DNA from: Marsupella aquatica
Taxonomy: Eukaryota > Plantae > Marchantiophyta
Assembly (NCBI GenBank): GCA_973895155.1
Contig: OZ316899.1
Coordinates: 9,236,287-9,300,286, forward strand
DNA: 64,000 bases
Direction of reading: 5' to 3'
Under the pieces are notes generated by a model, which saw only the letters and a list, made by a program, of their open reading frames with translations, had not been told where the DNA came from and ran no database searches. Positions 60,552 through 64,000 of this stretch are shown piece after piece. Each line of letters starts with the position of its first letter. Position 1 is the stretch's first letter. A program made the translations under genes and the position numbers.

Positions 60552-60555
60552 TTTT

Positions 60556-60573
60556 TGGCGCTAGATGGAGGGG
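60556..60573 (+). promoter_or_regulatory. PBS (tRNA-Asn-like)
   Basis: TGGCGCTAGATGGAGGGG, 4 nt after the LTR end. Confidence 0.75.
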
Positions 60574-60812
60574 GCATTTCTTAAGCCGTGAGATATGAAG
60601 TTAGAACGGAAGCGTAGGTAATGACTGACCTTACGCCGAGGGAAGAAAGAGTGATTCAACGGGAGAGAGCTCGATTGTAGCAGCTCGCCGGGTGGCATGA
60701 TACACAGCGACTGAGAGGGGCAGAAAGAGCTGGTAGCTCCGAAACTGGAAGTGGCCTCGAAGAAGACATACCAGAAGAAGAGTCGGTAAGGAGAAGTGAG
60801 TCTCCAACCGAC

Positions 60813-63800
60813 ATGGGGGAACCAGAGGCACGGCCAGACGAGAGGCCAGGGACCAGATTGAGCCAACGGTCGCGCATACATTACAAGGCATTTCATGGGA
60901 GAGGAGATGAGGATCCGGACGAATGGTTGGATGATTTCGAGGGAACCGCTGCAGCAAATGGAGAATCGGCCATCAAGATGCAGATTCTTCCCGGCCTGTT
61001 CAAGGGTGAGGCTAGGCCTTGGTACAGAGCATTAGATGTGGAAGATCAAGCCATCTGGGATATCTTCAAAACACTCTTTGTTAAGGAGTTTCGACCCATT
61101 GGAACTTCAGAACTAGCAGTGCTGAAGTTGGGACAACTTCGGTTCAAGGAGAACAAATCCTTCAGGAAGTTCTTGCAACGCTTTCAGAAACTGGTAAGAC
61201 GTACAAAGACCAATGCATCTGAAGGTATGCAACTTCAATGGTTGGTGAATGCTTTGCCACAGAAGATGAGTTTTGCAATTAGGAAGGAGAACCCGGAGAC
61301 TTTAGCCGAAGCAATTAAGGATATTCAATTATACATTAATGCAGATATCACAAGCCGGAAGAAACAGCTTAAGTCTGAGAGTTCCTCATCAGAAGAGGGA
61401 TCACCCCATAAGAAAAAAGATAAGAAGAAGAAACATTCTAAGAAGTCTAGAAGTGATAAGTCAAGCTCGGATAGTGGGAGTAGCAAGAGTGAGTCATCTT
61501 CTAGTTCTGAAGAAGAAAAAACTAGGAAAAGGAAGGGCAGAAGGAGAGGGAAGACGAAAGTCAAGCTGGAGGCTAAGCCACCAGATAACATCGTAGCCCT
61601 TACCGAGCAACTTAAGGCTATCATTGCAGAGGTAAAACCGAAGAAGAAGGTAGTACAGGAGGATAGCTCTGTATGGTGTGCCTTATGTTATAAAACCGGA
61701 CACCATAAAGATGCGTGTCCTAAGCTTAATACTAATCATGTTCGGCATGTGGCCGAGATCAGACCATGTCAAGGAGAAGTAGAGTACTTTTTAGGAGATG
61801 CCGCTGATAGTGTTTTCGGCATCAGTGAGACTGGAGCACGAGACCTATCCAACAGACCTGCATCTCTATGGTCAGGGTTAAGGAACAATCCAGGAGAGAT
61901 GTATCCTCGGATTATTCAGAACCCGTCAGTACCTCCTAGGCCGAATGTGCAAAGATTTGCGGCGTGCTATAATTGTGGTCAACCTGGCCATTTTGCTAGA
62001 GAATGCCCGAATGCACGCAAACAGGGTGATGGACAACCAGCTCAGCTATGTATGGGATGCCGACAGGAAGGTCATATGCTAGGGCAATGTCCTACTTGGT
62101 TGGCAGGCCTGGCCGCAAATCATAAGCTTTTGCCGATCAAGATCTTACGCCAGGTACTACCCCCGGAGGAGTTCAAATCAACCACATCAAACTAGGATGG
62201 CAAGAGGATGCCGAGGCAGAGTTCGTACCATCTGATGATGAGGCCGAAGCCCTATCAACCTTCTCAGAGGAGGATTTAGATCATGATTGCTACCGGGTCT
62301 CTACTCGATCTACCAGAAGGAAGGAAAGGTGGGATGGGCTGGCCAAAAATAAAGGGAAGGTTACGGAGGAAAAGATCGACTCTTCGTCAACATCAACAGA
62401 AGGAGAAGGGAGGGCTCCGGCAATACAGGTAAGCCATGAGCCCACCAGTGAAACCAATCCTTCACAAGATAGCGACTTCAATCGAGATCATCCTAAGTTG
62501 TTCTACCCCTCTGTTACGGCTAGTGTTAAGGAACAACTAAGAGAATTAGAAACCCTGGAGAATACCGAAGCCATTGCCAAGGATGTAAAACGAGCAAAAG
62601 CATTGTTTGCTTCGGAAGACCCAACAGCTGTGGAGACTAGCGTGGCAAAACTGGCCGAATCCAAGACGGAAACACCACCAGAGGAGAAGCCGATTGTTCC
62701 CTATGACCTGGCTAAAGATGTACTAGAATCTAGAGTCTCGGCAACAGTAGGTCAACTATTGAAAAATAGCCCGTACTTCCGGAAGCAATTAAGGAAGGCT
62801 ATTCTCGGCAAGCCGAGGTTACCCAAGGTAGCAACCAGATCCGACGTACTAATGATAGAAGAAGATCAAGGAGCCCCAGCATTACCATTAATGATTCAAG
62901 GAGAATTATTACTATGGGTACCCATCGATGGAGGATCAGGGGTATGTATTATGATTGATTCAACAGCAAAAGGGTGGGGTCTAACACCGGAGATGACTGG
63001 AAGAGTGTTGAACATGGCCAATGGATATCAGGTCATTCCCACGGGAGTGTTAACCGGCATCAAGACAGAGATAGGAGGTATCTTCTTTAGCATTAACTAT
63101 GTAGTAATGAAGCCGGTAAATCCTACGTCATTCCGGCTATTGATTGGTAGGCCATGGCTGTACCTAGCCGAGGTAATAGAAGATTGGGGTAAAAAACAGT
63201 TCACTTTCGGGACCCCCTCTATCACGGTATCCTGGGACACTAAGGATGACCGTAGGAAAAGCATAAGGGAAGTAGATGGGTACGACAGTGGACTGGAGTC
63301 AGCCGATGAAGTACGTTGGTTAGAATGCCTCACTAACCTAACCGAAGAAGGTGTCTTTGGACCAGAGGTACCCCCCAGCGGATTATGGCAAGAACCAATG
63401 GAAGGTGACTTGGAAGAAGAAGACGAAGAGGTCGAGGACTGCTTTACAATAGAATCCACCTTTTTAGCTGCAATTCCGGAGGAAGTAAAGGATGTAGACC
63501 AATTGGATGAAACGGCTAAGTGGGGAGCAGTAGCAGGGACAGTGGATTTTCTGCAGGCGTTGTGGCAGAGCCGGCAGGGTTCACAACGCCATCGATCATC
63601 GGCAAGGAATTAAATACCAAGGGATCGGCATACAAGCCGATTACGAGGGCAGAACAAATTGAGGCCCTATTAGAAGCCAAGAGAGCACAGCGGCCTAACT
63701 CTCAGGAGCAAGAGGTGGATGAGATGGACAGACACGATCCAGAGCCAAGGCAGGAAGGGGAGCCAACCACCAATTCAAAACCAAATAGACCGGCAAGGGG

Positions 63801-64000
63801 ACAATCTATGGACACCAAGAAAGGGACCGACTCGGCTAGTCCAGCCGAGATTCCAGTTTATGGAGGCATGAGATTAGAGAGACTGGAAGCCGAACTGGAC
63901 CCGAATTTGAAGAAGCAGATTAATATGATCCAAGCACGGCAATATCGGAAGCTCGACTTAGGAGAGGGAAGAGAACTGAACTTAGGGAGAAACCTAGCAG
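60813..64000 (+). pseudogene. gag-pol: gypsy gag-protease (family C), with frameshifts; truncated by the window edge
   Basis: EDPDEWLDDF, CYNCGQPGHFAREC, PIDGGSGV and LLIGRPWL. Confidence 0.9.

Larger units (their letters stand above)
55889..64000 (+). mobile_element. Ty3/gypsy element family C (5' LTR, PBS, gag-protease; runs off the window)
   Basis: TGTGATGC...GCACCACA inverted termini followed by the same PBS as family B, then gag and protease homologous to family B. Confidence 0.88.

Overview
This 64-kb window is plant genomic DNA, probably from a non-seed land plant given the retroelement lineages. It is made almost entirely of nested transposable elements, and I found no host gene. Contents: three Bianca-like Ty1/copia elements, one complete with TG..TA LTRs and an ATAAT target-site duplication (TSD); a decayed DNA transposon with a P-element/THAP9-like DDE transposase; a 1.5-kb non-autonomous TIR insertion; an old minus-strand Ty3/gypsy remnant; two related CACTA (En/Spm) elements, one nested inside the other in opposite orientation; two ~2.4-kb solo LTRs; and two non-chromovirus gypsy elements with very long LTRs (4.0 and 4.7 kb). 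The most striking system is in the CACTA family. A SET/PR-domain exon sits inside intron 1 of the TnpD transposase gene, and the shared Cys/His exon 1 can splice in phase 0 to either the SET exon or the transposase exon. This layout is conserved in both diverged copies. It is paired with a divergently transcribed TnpA-like Gly-rich gene and with TCGGA motif clusters in non-coding segments, suggesting a transposon-encoded chromatin-modifying or anti-silencing module. Second, both large gypsy families carry a homologous ~890-1200 aa gene inside the LTR itself. Third, three different LTR families share a covarying RNA structure near the LTR 3' end. All family and domain calls come from motif recognition by eye; no database searches were run.
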